Source: a virus (Duplodnaviria > Heunggongvirae > Uroviricota > Caudoviricetes). Taken from it: a stretch of DNA of 64,000 bases. The stretch is from the IMG/VR virus record IMGVR_UViG_2684623127_000005; one strand, given 5' to 3'. Shown piece after piece: positions 1 to 9,147 of this stretch; the stretch's first letter is position 1; each line of letters opens with the position of its first letter. A program made the translations under genes and the position numbers. A model generated the notes under the pieces. That model was not told the origin of the DNA and did not search any database. It was given only the letters and a program-made list of their open reading frames with translations.

Positions 1-1287
1 TCAGAGTCTGGCTCTATGGGGCATGTATGGGACACTCTCCGTCAACTGCTTATTGAGTAGTTCTATTTGCCCGATATTGTTATCTTTCATCCATGCTCCG
101 TAAACGTTGAATACCATTTGTGCATTTGCATGGCCCATTTGGTTTGCTATGAAGCTTGGATTCGCTCCTGCCGATAATGCCCAGCAGGCATAAGTATGCC
201 TAGACTGATAGGCTTTTCTGTGCCGCAGTCCTGCTCGCCTTAATGCAGATGCCCAGGAATCTCTGATGGAATCTGCTTTATAGTGGTGACCGACTTGCTG
301 GCATTTTTTTACCAGTTGCGGATTAAAAACAAACGTGCATTCATGGCGTGCGGTGCGACCGAACTCCCGAAGCTTGACGTCAATTTGATACTGAGGGCCA
401 AGTCTTGTCATTTCAGCCTGGCTTTTCAGGGCATCAACAGCTGGTTGAACAAGATGAATAACACGATCAGTTCCCGCTTCTGTTTTTGGTAGAGTGAACT
501 CCCCGAGTTTTGTATAATTACGACGGATAGTCATTGTTTTAGCTTTTAAATCAATATCCTCCCAGGCGAGAGATATTAGCTCACCGTGACGAATGCCTGT
601 GTATACTGCTAAGGACCACAGGTTTTTTGTTTGTTGATGGTGACAGGCATCAATAAAACGAATAAATTCGTCACGTGTGAGCGGATCTGGTTCTGTTCTG
701 GATCTCTTTAATGGTGTCAGGCCGTTAAATGGGTTTGACACGATATAGCCGTTATCAGCCGCAAATTGAAACATTCCTGCAATTGTCGTCATGTAGTAAT
801 TAACCGTAACTACTGACCTCCCTTTAATCGGCGTTGTTTTTCCGTTAGAAAGATTATGATACCCGGTCAATAAATCTTTCCTGATAAACAGTAAATCTTC
901 CTTTGTTACCGACGAAGCAAGACGTTTTTCCCCTATGCGAGGAAGCATGTTTCTCACCACGGATTGATACCGACTGAATGCATTACTTCCTATCTCAATT
1001 TTCTTAAGGTCCAACCATTTTTCCGAAAGTGCCTTAACGGTTATCTCTCTTTTTCCCAGACCAAAGTGTTTCAGGTTAGGGGAATTAGGGAACTGCGCGG
1101 CGTAGTCGAAACTCCCCATTCTGATTGCAAAACAAACAGAAGTGCGAAGCTCACCAGCGATCTTCCGGTTTTTGGCGGTGTCAGGAACACCGAGGTTTTC
1201 TCTGACACGTTTGCCATTATAGTGAAACCATATACGGAGTGATCCTCCATGGTTTTCAACGCCTGTCGGGTATGATGCGTTACTCAT
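1..1287 (-). CDS. int: Phage tyrosine integrase (prophage 1); C-terminal 12 codons overlap the att core
   Basis: 428-aa ORF with the C-terminal catalytic region of tyrosine recombinases (R..HxxR..Y pattern, ...RHTYACWALSAG...); sits at the prophage left end next to an excisionase-like gene. Confidence 0.9.
   Translation of the reverse strand: MSNASYPTGVENHGGSLRIWFHYNGKRVRENLGVPDTAKNRKIAGELRTSVCFAIRMGSFDYAAQFPNSPNLKHFGLGKREITVKALSEKWLDLKKIEIGSNAFSRYQSVVRNMLPRIGEKRLASSVTKEDLLFIRKDLLTGYHNLSNGKTTPIKGRSVVTVNYYMTTIAGMFQFAADNGYIVSNPFNGLTPLKRSRTEPDPLTRDEFIRFIDACHHQQTKNLWSLAVYTGIRHGELISLAWEDIDLKAKTMTIRRNYTKLGEFTLPKTEAGTDRVIHLVQPAVDALKSQAEMTRLGPQYQIDVKLREFGRTARHECTFVFNPQLVKKCQQVGHHYKADSIRDSWASALRRAGLRHRKAYQSRHTYACWALSAGANPSFIANQMGHANAQMVFNVYGAWMKDNNIGQIELLNKQLTESVPYMPHRARL
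16..36. repeat. attL core candidate (21-bp exact direct repeat ATGGGGCATGTATGGGACACT, partner at 44949-44969)
   Basis: Exact 21-bp match read directly from the sequence; lies inside the int 3' end; flanking bases differ on both sides. Confidence 0.5.
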
Positions 1288-1320
1288 AAAACCTCCCAGA
1301 CGTCCAGGAGCATTAACAGG

Positions 1321-1575
1321 TTAACCGGAACTTGCATTTTTGGCACCTGGTTGTTTCTGGTTTTCGATCCATCGCATAATTTCTTCGATGTTGTACAGGC
1401 ATTCACTGTAATGCCCCGGATCACCTTCTACAGCGTAATGGCGGTATTCTTTTCCCTGCATCCATGACTTTCTTCTGGCTCGCTCGATGGTGCCAGGCTT
1501 TAGCCCTGTTGATGCAATGAGGACTCTCTCCGTACACCATTTGCTGGGGGTTATCTGATAGATGATTGTCTGCAT
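1321..1575 (-). CDS. xis: Excisionase-like small DNA-binding protein
   Basis: 84-aa ORF immediately upstream of int on the same strand; small basic protein in the usual xis position. Confidence 0.5.
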   Translation of the reverse strand: MQTIIYQITPSKWCTERVLIASTGLKPGTIERARRKSWMQGKEYRHYAVEGDPGHYSECLYNIEEIMRWIENQKQPGAKNASSG

Positions 1576-1766
1576 GCCAACCTCATAAAACTTTCATCCA
1601 CGGCAGTGGCACCACACTTCAAACATTCGCTTCACATCTTCTGTACAACACGGTGTTGTTTATGCAGCGAACAATTTTTACCGGGTAACCGGCACTGTCG
1701 GTATACAGTTGTCCCTGATTAATCAGAGCGAACATTTTTTCTCCTGCTCTCTGAATAGTGAGAACT

Positions 1767-2150
1767 TCAGAGCCGTATGTTTGTAGCGGGTTCAATGCTG
1801 ATAATTTCTGCTGAGATAAGCATCCCGGCAAGCCAGAGTTCCCCGGACAGGTCTTCATCCTGGCATATCAGTTCGCCAATATTAATGGTGGCCATGATAT
1901 CCGTTTTCCCTGTGCGCTCATCCAGGACTTCTTCATAAGGCAGCGTTGCGTACAGGCTTTCAATAGCGCAATTGATAACATCCAGTCCGGTCAGATTGCC
2001 GCCGACAGTAACTTCGAATGTTTCGCGGTATTCCCATAGTCCGAAAGTTAATCGAACGGTTTGTTTTGCCATGCGTCCGCACGACGTCAGATTCGGGTCA
2101 TAGTTCATTATTTGCGGTTGAGTATTCTGGTTGTTCATCTGATTTTCCAT
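1767..2150 (-). CDS. Hypothetical early-left protein (start uncertain; ORF extends to 2213)
   Basis: Open frame in the early-left operon between the SPFH gene and xis; no recognisable motif. Confidence 0.3.
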   Translation of the reverse strand: MENQMNNQNTQPQIMNYDPNLTSCGRMAKQTVRLTFGLWEYRETFEVTVGGNLTGLDVINCAIESLYATLPYEEVLDERTGKTDIMATINIGELICQDEDLSGELWLAGMLISAEIISIEPATNIRL

Positions 2151-2178
2151 TAACCCGGCGGTTTGCCGGGCGTGTAAG

Positions 2179-3006
2179 TTATTTAATCTGGATAAATGGT
2201 GTATTGGCACCACTGGTCATGTATTGCGGCAGTGTACCGTTCCACTTGTTGATGGCTTCCAGCTCCATGACGCCAGGGTTCTGGCGCAGAGCTTCGCCGC
2301 GTAAACGAATGGCATCGGCTTCTGCCAGGGCTTTTGTTCGAATGGCATCAGCCTGTCCGGCAGCTTCTGCACGCAGCATGTTGGCCTCCGCTTCACGTTG
2401 CTTGACTTCCTGTTCGCGCTGCAGGGTTTTCTGGTTTGCCGTGACTTTGGCGTTAATGCTGTCGATAACGGTTGGCGGGTATTCCGGTTTACCTACATAA
2501 GAGAGGCTCATTACCTGAACGCCGATGGGGGTCATCTCTTCCTGAATGTCTTTAAGTGCGGCATCCAGTAGTTCAGACTTGCCGCCGTCGATAAATTTGT
2601 CGGTGGTCATTTTGCTGGCCAGTCGATTGAGTGCGTCGGCGATCTTCTGGCGCAGGTCAGTGGCGGTAATGTCATCCACGCCTTTGCGGTAGGTCTGAAA
2701 CACCGTGGTAACTTTGGATGGATCAACTTTGTAGGCAACACCGATGTGATAGCCGATGGTTGTGCCGTCACTCATCTGGAAGCTGAACGGCTCATCGTAG
2801 GTCTTCATTTGTTTGAAGGTTGGGAAGATGTAAACTTCAGTATTCCAGCCAGTCCAGTAGCGACCAACACCGACCACCTCACCGACGCCTTTATCGTCGC
2901 CCAGTTTATTTACTTTGATGCCAACATTACCGGGTTCAACGCGATCGCAGCCGACAAGGCCAATGGTCGGCAGAACAATGGCTAAAGCAAAAATAATTTT
3001 TTTCAT
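2179..3006 (-). CDS. SPFH/band-7 (stomatin/prohibitin-like) family lipoprotein
   Basis: 275 aa; N-terminal lipoprotein signal (...LPTIGLVGC); central SPFH-type domain followed by a charged Ala/Glu/Arg/Gln-rich coiled-coil tail (REQEVKQREAEANMLRAEAAGQADAIRTKALAEADAIRLRGEA) typical of the HflK/C, QmcA and prohibitin family. Confidence 0.7.
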   Translation of the reverse strand: MKKIIFALAIVLPTIGLVGCDRVEPGNVGIKVNKLGDDKGVGEVVGVGRYWTGWNTEVYIFPTFKQMKTYDEPFSFQMSDGTTIGYHIGVAYKVDPSKVTTVFQTYRKGVDDITATDLRQKIADALNRLASKMTTDKFIDGGKSELLDAALKDIQEEMTPIGVQVMSLSYVGKPEYPPTVIDSINAKVTANQKTLQREQEVKQREAEANMLRAEAAGQADAIRTKALAEADAIRLRGEALRQNPGVMELEAINKWNGTLPQYMTSGANTPFIQIK

Positions 3007-3191
3007 TTTTTATCCTTAGTGAAAGAAAGACCCTTGTAAATGGCATAAATGCAGGGCGGGGTCAGAAACGCCAGTGCAAAGCCAGAAGTAACTGCTATCG
3101 TATCCTTCATGGATATAAGGAACGGAACGAGTAATCCGTAAATGCATGCGATAATTGCCAGTAAAATTACTATTGTGAAATACAGTCTCAT
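3003..3191 (-). CDS. Small two-helix membrane protein, translationally coupled (ATGA overlap) to the SPFH gene
   Basis: 62 aa with two hydrophobic helices (IVILLAIIACIYGLLVPFLI and AVTSGFALAFLTPPCIYAIY); its stop overlaps the SPFH start codon. Confidence 0.5.
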   Translation of the reverse strand: MRLYFTIVILLAIIACIYGLLVPFLISMKDTIAVTSGFALAFLTPPCIYAIYKGLSFTKDKK

Positions 3192-3375
3192 TGGTATGTG
3201 GTATCCCGATATTTTTAACTGACAGACAGCGCAATAAAGAGAATAATGATTTCTGTTATTGTCAGTACTGTGGCAAGGATTAAAAGCAGTTTTACTCTGC
3301 TTAATTCACGGTTGTTTTTCATATAAATGGTTAGTAAAAAACGGAAGAATTATATTCTTCTTAATATTTAATGTG

Positions 3376-3948
3376 TCACTGGCCTTCTGGCATACCATGA
3401 GTATTCAGGTCGTTAATCATTTCATCCAGAAGGAGTTCAAGCCCTTCTCGCCCCATGTCTGAAACAATGAAACCTTTATCTGGGTATGTAATGAGCATTT
3501 TCTGATAAAGAAACAGCGCTCTACCCATTCCTTCTGCCTCGCCGTATTTTTGAATTAAATTCCATTCAATATACTGCTGTAAGGCAAACCGAATGGGGCC
3601 GGGATATATCGTCATAACCCCATGCTTCCCGTTATATATTACGGCGCGATCTGTTGTTCCGTGTTCATTCGGGACATCAATTGTGCCGTTCTTGTCTTCT
3701 TCTTCGTTGATGAATGTCGTCACATACAACCATCGCCACTGGGCAACCTTCATCTCAACCGGAAGTTTTCCCAGTAATCCTGCTTCGTCAGCTTGCGCGA
3801 GACACTGAAGGATACGTAAACCTCGCACATTAGGAGTATCGAATTCTCCAGCATCCAGACGGCGTATGGCGTCGTGATAATCAATAGTCATACTGCCTGT
3901 TTGTATACCATTGGCTGTTGCTTCAGCCTGGAATTCAGCGTATTGCAT
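3376..3948 (-). CDS. Hypothetical protein (190 aa), early-left operon
   Basis: Long ORF on the same strand with compact spacing to neighbours; no motif recognised. Confidence 0.5.
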   Translation of the reverse strand: MQYAEFQAEATANGIQTGSMTIDYHDAIRRLDAGEFDTPNVRGLRILQCLAQADEAGLLGKLPVEMKVAQWRWLYVTTFINEEEDKNGTIDVPNEHGTTDRAVIYNGKHGVMTIYPGPIRFALQQYIEWNLIQKYGEAEGMGRALFLYQKMLITYPDKGFIVSDMGREGLELLLDEMINDLNTHGMPEGQ

Positions 3949-3953
3949 GAAAT

Positions 3954-4136
3954 TTATTCCTCATCTTCATCTGCTGGTGCAATAACGTCATATCCTGCCT
4001 TTTCTGCAATAAACAGGAATATTGAAAGATTTCCTACAAATTCATCGTCATGAACATGACGAATTAATATTACTTTCCCGTTTTTGATGGTCAGCAATAC
4101 TCTGGTTTGTTCGTGTTCTGCTGTTTTCTGATGCAT
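3954..4136 (-). CDS. Hypothetical small protein (60 aa)
   Basis: Short ORF ending 6 nt before the 190-aa gene; acidic C-terminus. Confidence 0.3.
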   Translation of the reverse strand: MHQKTAEHEQTRVLLTIKNGKVILIRHVHDDEFVGNLSIFLFIAEKAGYDVIAPADEDEE

Positions 4137-4334
4137 TATTATCTCCCGTATGCTTTACGCAGAAACAAGCAGGCAATATGCATGTGATTTTTCCCGTGTT
4201 GTGCAATAAGGCAGGCTGTTTTGTGTGATGCCTTATGTTTTATAAAAGTCATAATAAAACCTCCTGTGGATTAAGTGTGTGATAATCCCCGGCGATTAAG
4301 CCGTAATATAGTATCTGGAGATGACTTGTTCTAT

Positions 4335-4535
4335 TTAACTGGATAGTTCTTTTTCAGCTGCTGCTTCAGCATAGCAACGTACAAATTCAAGAACTTCATC
4401 ACCTGTTCTTTTTATTGCGTCGTTGTCTGACATTTGTAATACGATAACTGCGCATAATAAATTATGGATATTGTTTGCAAAGGAATCCGGTGCCAGGCAT
4501 AAGCCTTCATACTTATCATGGATATTGCCAGTCAT
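4335..4535 (-). CDS. Small protein homologous to the N-terminal domain of the adjacent tandem-HTH protein
   Basis: About 66 aa from the internal Met; DSFANNIHNLLCAV...GDEVLEFVRCYAEAAA aligns with DSFALTIANLLSAV...GFDVLEFTHEYALAIA of the upstream gene; start abuts that gene's stop. Confidence 0.4.
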   Translation of the reverse strand: MTGNIHDKYEGLCLAPDSFANNIHNLLCAVIVLQMSDNDAIKRTGDEVLEFVRCYAEAAAEKELSS

Positions 4536-5269
4536 TGTTGCTGCTCCTTTGCTTCTGATTTTCCCGTTAACAACCACATCAGGTCACAATTAAGCGCACT
4601 GGCCAGTGGTACTATATGATCAGCAGGAACTTCACAGATGCCGCATTCCCAGTCGTTTATGGGGTCACTGTAGGTATGAATCATGCGGGCAAGATCAGAT
4701 TCGGTTAATCCCAGCTTTGTACGGGCGCTTTTGATGCGTGCGCCAATACTTTCCGCATGGACTTCAGTCGTATTTACACGAATAGCTGACTCGCTGTTTT
4801 TTTCACTTAGTAGAGAAAGCGGATCGCATCCCAGGACGTTTGCCAGGGGGATAAGCATGCTGATGGTTGGCTCGAACTCTCCACTCTCCCATTGCAGAAT
4901 AATCTCTTCGTCAAGATCGAGTAGTCTGGCTAGTTCGGTAGTCGTCAAGCCGCAGGCTTCACGTTTGGTGCGTATGCAGGCTATCTTGTTGCCTGATCGG
5001 ATAGAATGTTGTTGTTTTGTCGATGCGATCGCTAAAGCATATTCATGAGTAAATTCTAGCACATCAAACCCAACCTCTTTTAATCGCGTATCATCTAGGA
5101 GGTTGAAGGTGCGAACAGCACTGAGCAGGTTTGCGATGGTTAATGCAAAAGAATCGAGATCTAAATCATCACATAAAACCTTGTTGTAAGTATTGAGGCT
5201 ACATGTTTTTGGTGTTGTTTGTAAGGCTTCCATATCATCACCATGCAATTCTAAGTTGAAGTTAATCAA
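4532..5269 (-). CDS. Tandem helix-turn-helix (XRE-type x2) regulator with a novel N-terminal domain
   Basis: 245 aa; two XRE-like HTH segments (GLTTTELARLLDLDEEIILQWESGEFEPTISMLIPLANVLGCDPLSL and LGLTESDLARMIHTYSDPINDWECGICEVPADHIVPLASALNCDLMWLL); first gene left of cI. Confidence 0.6.
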   Translation of the reverse strand: MINFNLELHGDDMEALQTTPKTCSLNTYNKVLCDDLDLDSFALTIANLLSAVRTFNLLDDTRLKEVGFDVLEFTHEYALAIASTKQQHSIRSGNKIACIRTKREACGLTTTELARLLDLDEEIILQWESGEFEPTISMLIPLANVLGCDPLSLLSEKNSESAIRVNTTEVHAESIGARIKSARTKLGLTESDLARMIHTYSDPINDWECGICEVPADHIVPLASALNCDLMWLLTGKSEAKEQQQ

Positions 5270-5381
5270 TATATAATTGATGGTGAGATATTATGTGTCA
5301 GGAAAACGACTGTCAATTAAAAATTGATAAACTTGATTTTTTTTGTGATGGATGACCAATAATTTAATTTAAAATCAATAA

Positions 5382-6071
5382 CTAACCAAATCTGTTGATA
5401 TTGAATGGTACAGATGAGATTACTTTTGACTGGATATAGAGCAGCGCCATTCCCTCTTTTTCGATGCTCCATGGCTGATAGTTGGGATTGTCTGATAAGA
5501 CCATGATCTTGCTTCCAATTTTTTGAAGTCGTTTGACGTAACATTCGCCATCAAAGCAAAATGCATAAATGCCATCGCCGTCAAAGTAAGTTACTGTTTT
5601 ATCTAAAAACAGTAAGTCTCCCGGGGAGATTGTTGGGGCCATGCTGTCCCCTCTGGCGTTACCGATTTCTATGTTCTTGAATGCTCTGTTACCGACCAGG
5701 CGGCGGGCATATTCAGGATCAAGTTCTATTGAGCGTACTACATCAATTAGATCTCCCCGTACATGAGTTCCGTCGCCGCAACTGAATTCAACATCCAGTA
5801 CATTGAACACAACGCTGTCTTCTCTTGTATGGTGTTTTTCAGCTGAAGAGAATGTCGATGAGGCATCTTCACCCAAAAACCAGGATTGTGGATAACCACT
5901 AATTACTGATAGCTGTGCAAGTTTATCGCTTCTGGGAAACGTCTTTCCTGTAGTCCAGTATTGTACTGATTGCGCGCTTACACCCAGCTTACGGGCTAGT
6001 TCAGCCTGACTCCAGCCTTTCGTTTTCAGCATCATTGCTATCCGATTTTCTGTGCTTTTTACATTCTTCAT
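5382..6071 (-). CDS. cI: CI-type prophage repressor (HTH_XRE N-terminus + LexA/S24-like peptidase C-terminus)
   Basis: HTH (WSQAELARKLGVSAQSVQYW) followed by an S24-like domain with GDSM and a downstream Lys (YVKRL); divergent from cro; start taken at the internal ATG at 6071 (AGGAA RBS), ORF reaches 6101. Confidence 0.85.
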   Translation of the reverse strand: MKNVKSTENRIAMMLKTKGWSQAELARKLGVSAQSVQYWTTGKTFPRSDKLAQLSVISGYPQSWFLGEDASSTFSSAEKHHTREDSVVFNVLDVEFSCGDGTHVRGDLIDVVRSIELDPEYARRLVGNRAFKNIEIGNARGDSMAPTISPGDLLFLDKTVTYFDGDGIYAFCFDGECYVKRLQKIGSKIMVLSDNPNYQPWSIEKEGMALLYIQSKVISSVPFNINRFG

Positions 6072-6203
6072 GGTGAGTTCCTGTCGAAGCTTTATACACA
6101 TAAATATTAACTTGATTTTAGTGTATTCGATCCTTTTGAAACTTGCATGTTAATTTATTCTTGATGTATTCTTGATTTGTAAAGTTAATGTTGGAGCTGC
6201 GCT
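6072..6203. promoter_or_regulatory. cI-cro intergenic operator/promoter region (OR) with repeated CTTGAT-containing motifs
   Basis: Tandem TATTCTTGAT at 6156-6165 and 6167-6176; AACTTGATTTT at 6109-6119 recurs left of cI at 5330-5340 (OL candidate). Confidence 0.45.
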
Positions 6204-6461
6204 GTGATAAAACTGAATGATTACGACATGTTGCGTAAATTGATCCCTCAAAACGCCATAGCGAGATACATCGGTGTTACGCCACAAGCGGTGAATCTGT
6301 GGTTTTCTAAAAACTCCGTTCCTTCTCGTTTTGTTTTACGGGTGTGTGAATTGGTTGAATGGAAGGTTACTCCGCATGGGTTAAGACCTGATCTATACCC
6401 TTATCCCGAAGATGGAATTCCTGATTCGTTACGAAAATCAAACGGTATTACCAGAGATTAA
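6204..6461 (+). CDS. cro: Cro-like HTH regulator
   Basis: 85-aa ORF divergent from cI with HTH (QNAIARYIGVTPQAVNLWF); GTG start at 6204 or ATG at 6228. Confidence 0.7.
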   Translation: MIKLNDYDMLRKLIPQNAIARYIGVTPQAVNLWFSKNSVPSRFVLRVCELVEWKVTPHGLRPDLYPYPEDGIPDSLRKSNGITRD

Positions 6462-6506
6462 AGACTGACTGTCACAAGCAGTAATTCACGATGAATACGT
6501 TTTGGC

Positions 6507-7250
6507 GTGAGTTCTGAAATGTCATCCTCAAGGAGCAATCAGATGAACACCGCAATTTTTAACGATAAAGCATCCATGACCAGCGTTGAGATTGCAGAGC
6601 TGGTGGGCAGCCAACACAAAGATGTTAAACGCAGCATTGAAAGACTCATGGGGAAGGGAGTTATCCGAAGTGCGCCAATGGCGAATTTCGAAATAATCAA
6701 CAACTTAGGATTGAAAAGAAATGTAGCTGCTTACGTATTCGAAGGTGAACAAGGCAAACGCGACAGTATCATTGTTGTCGCGCAGATTTGCCCTGAATTC
6801 ACCGCCCGCCTGGTAGACCGCTGGCGTGAACTGGAAGAACAGATCCGTAAGCCAATGAGCGAAATCGAAATGGTTGCCGCGATGGCTCTTGAAGCCGTTC
6901 GCCAACAGAAACGGATCACTCAGGTGGAAGAAAAAGTCATCCACGTTGCTGAAACAGTTGAGCAAATTAAAAAGGGCACTATTCGTGAGGGCTATGCCGG
7001 ATATCGCCAACTGAAAGCAAAAACCGGTTTGTCAGATGATAAATGCTGCAATCTGGTGAACGCCTATCAAATTCCTACAGACACACATGAGTTCATGACG
7101 CCGGACGGATTGTTGTCACGTCGCGCAATTGTTGCTGTGGAACCGTTTATGGCTGCTTTTTATCGGGTTATGGAGGAAGCAGAACCGCGAGGGACTCGCT
7201 GGTATCACCCGAAAATGGGGTTATTTCAGGTTATTGGTTGGCAGCGGTGA
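6507..7250 (+). CDS. rha: Phage regulatory protein, Rha family
   Basis: N-terminus MNTAIFNDKASMTSVEIAELVGSQHKDVKRSIERL is typical of Rha-family regulators; probable start at the internal Met near 6543. Confidence 0.65.
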   Translation: MSSEMSSSRSNQMNTAIFNDKASMTSVEIAELVGSQHKDVKRSIERLMGKGVIRSAPMANFEIINNLGLKRNVAAYVFEGEQGKRDSIIVVAQICPEFTARLVDRWRELEEQIRKPMSEIEMVAAMALEAVRQQKRITQVEEKVIHVAETVEQIKKGTIREGYAGYRQLKAKTGLSDDKCCNLVNAYQIPTDTHEFMTPDGLLSRRAIVAVEPFMAAFYRVMEEAEPRGTRWYHPKMGLFQVIGWQR

Positions 7251-7658
7251 AAAAAAGCCGGGAGTAACCCGGCTCACTCAACATCAATAACGGGGAGCTG
7301 TTTCGCATAAAACGGCTCCGAAACATCCAAGAACAGTTCTAAAGATATCAGCAGCTATATGATCATTTCAAGACCAAATATTGATTCTGCAATTTCGGGA
7401 CGTTACACTGTCTCCGCACCTTATAAAGCGGGTGCCGGGGGTCGCAGCCCGGAATTGCTCGAGGCGATATACGACGCGCCAGCGTCTTTTTTATCGTCCA
7501 TGCTCGCGCACGCCAGAATTATGGTGGGCTGGGCAGGGGAGCCGAAAGGCTCGCCGGTTTCCTTGAGCGCCGGTACTGCGAACCCTGTTCAGTTCACCAC
7601 CCATGAGTTTCGCAGCTCCGGTGGTGGAAGTTTTTCACTGCTCAAGGAGGCTGCCATC

Positions 7659-8021
7659 ATGGCTACAGTCCCAACTTCCCCATACCTGAAAATTGAAGTT
7701 GTCAACGGCAAGGCCGTTATTTTCTCCCTGCATGTTGCCTGCCACTTTAAGCGCATGCACCAGAACATCGTCGACAAAATCGAGTATCTGAACTGCTCAC
7801 GCGAGTTTTTTACCCGCAATTTCATACCGGGTACTTATCACATCTACGGTGACTCCCTGCGTGGTTATTACATCACCCTTGATGGTCTGATGATGCTTCA
7901 GCTTGGGTTAAGTCTACGCACAATGCGGTACTACGAGAGCTGCATTGAAGCATTCCATGAGGCAGAAATCAGCCTCAGTCACACCGCTTTCCGCCGTAAT
8001 CAATGGGAGGTGCGCCCATGA
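7659..8021 (+). CDS. Hypothetical protein (120 aa)
   Basis: ATG at 7659 preceded by an AAGGAGG RBS; the upstream part of the 7359 ORF is low-complexity and probably non-coding. Confidence 0.4.
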   Translation: MATVPTSPYLKIEVVNGKAVIFSLHVACHFKRMHQNIVDKIEYLNCSREFFTRNFIPGTYHIYGDSLRGYYITLDGLMMLQLGLSLRTMRYYESCIEAFHEAEISLSHTAFRRNQWEVRP

Positions 8022-8251
8022 TTCGCCGCGTCGTTAATTCCCTGTATCACCGATACAACCGTTGCCCCCGTGTGGGGCAGTGGTTCACCACCAGCAACGG
8101 CCACGTTCTGCGGGTTTGCCTGGTCAATACAGAAAGCCAGATGGTTGTCTGCCAGGTTCAGGGACGTACTCATACCCTGAGTTATCCGCTGGTGGCTTTT
8201 CAGTCCGGGAAAATGTTTAAGCGTCTGGGAGGTGGCTATGCGTCCGTCTGA
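8018..8251 (+). CDS. Hypothetical small protein
   Basis: ATG at 8018 with a GGAGGTG RBS; overlaps the previous stop. Confidence 0.3.
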   Translation: MIRRVVNSLYHRYNRCPRVGQWFTTSNGHVLRVCLVNTESQMVVCQVQGRTHTLSYPLVAFQSGKMFKRLGGGYASV

Positions 8252-9146
8252 TCTTCTGCTCGATTTTGGGCATCCGGTTGCTTATTACCCTGGGCTCGTT
8301 AAATACATGGGAAGTCCGCACGCTGTTATTTTCTTTGGTCAGATTTTTTACTGGCAGGATAAAGCACATGCAGCGGAAGGCGTACATAAAACGCGTGAAG
8401 AGATACAACACGAAACTGGACTTACATTTGAACAACAGGCTGTAGCGCGTAAGCATCTTGTGTCCAGAGGCATTTTGGTTGAAACCAACAAGCGTCTTGA
8501 GCACAAAATGTTCTACCGTATAGATTGTGAGCGCCTTAATGAAATTATCAATGAAAACAATCAGTTTTCCCGAAATGGGGAAACCCGTTTTCGGGAAACT
8601 GTAAAACCCAATTTCGCGGAGGAGGGAAAGCCTTCACCGCGGACACGGGAAACCACTCGCCGCGGAGAAGGGAAAACCAATTTCGATCTTACAGAGAATA
8701 CAACAGAGATTACTTCAGAGAATACTACAGAGAGTAAAAACACTATTGGCGCATCCGCTGACGCGTCTGCACCAGCGCGTTCTGCCCGACAGGAATATTC
8801 ACCGGAATTTGAACAGGCCTGGCAGGAATATCCCAAACGTGCTGGTGGTAATTCCAAGTCAGCAGCCTTCAAAGCCTGGAAAGCCCGAATCAGGGAAGGT
8901 GTGACACCAGAAACCATGCTCAACGGTGTGAAACGCTATGCTGCCTGGGTGCGTGTCTCAGGAAATACCGGCACCCAGTTCGTGAAGCAGGCGTCGACGT
9001 TCTTTGGACCCGATCGTCACTTCGAAGATTTCTGGCAACAGCCAGCAGCTCCCGGAGGTGGGCGACAGCGACAGGTCGATGTCCTGGCTGGCCTGGGAGC
9101 CATGTCTGACAAATTCGGTAAATCCAGTGACAAATTGACATTCTGA
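8232..9146 (+). CDS. Replication initiation protein (O-like / replisome organizer)
   Basis: 304 aa immediately upstream of the DnaC-like and DnaB-like genes; N-terminal winged-helix-like region and low-complexity linker as in phage initiators. Confidence 0.55.
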   Translation: MAMRPSDLLLDFGHPVAYYPGLVKYMGSPHAVIFFGQIFYWQDKAHAAEGVHKTREEIQHETGLTFEQQAVARKHLVSRGILVETNKRLEHKMFYRIDCERLNEIINENNQFSRNGETRFRETVKPNFAEEGKPSPRTRETTRRGEGKTNFDLTENTTEITSENTTESKNTIGASADASAPARSARQEYSPEFEQAWQEYPKRAGGNSKSAAFKAWKARIREGVTPETMLNGVKRYAAWVRVSGNTGTQFVKQASTFFGPDRHFEDFWQQPAAPGGGRQRQVDVLAGLGAMSDKFGKSSDKLTF

Positions 9147-9147
9147 G

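Noticed and set aside
7359-7658. N-terminal extension of the 220-aa ORF
   Set aside because: Gly/Ser/Ala/Pro-rich low-complexity translation without a ribosome-binding site, whereas a strong AAGGAGG precedes the internal ATG at 7659.
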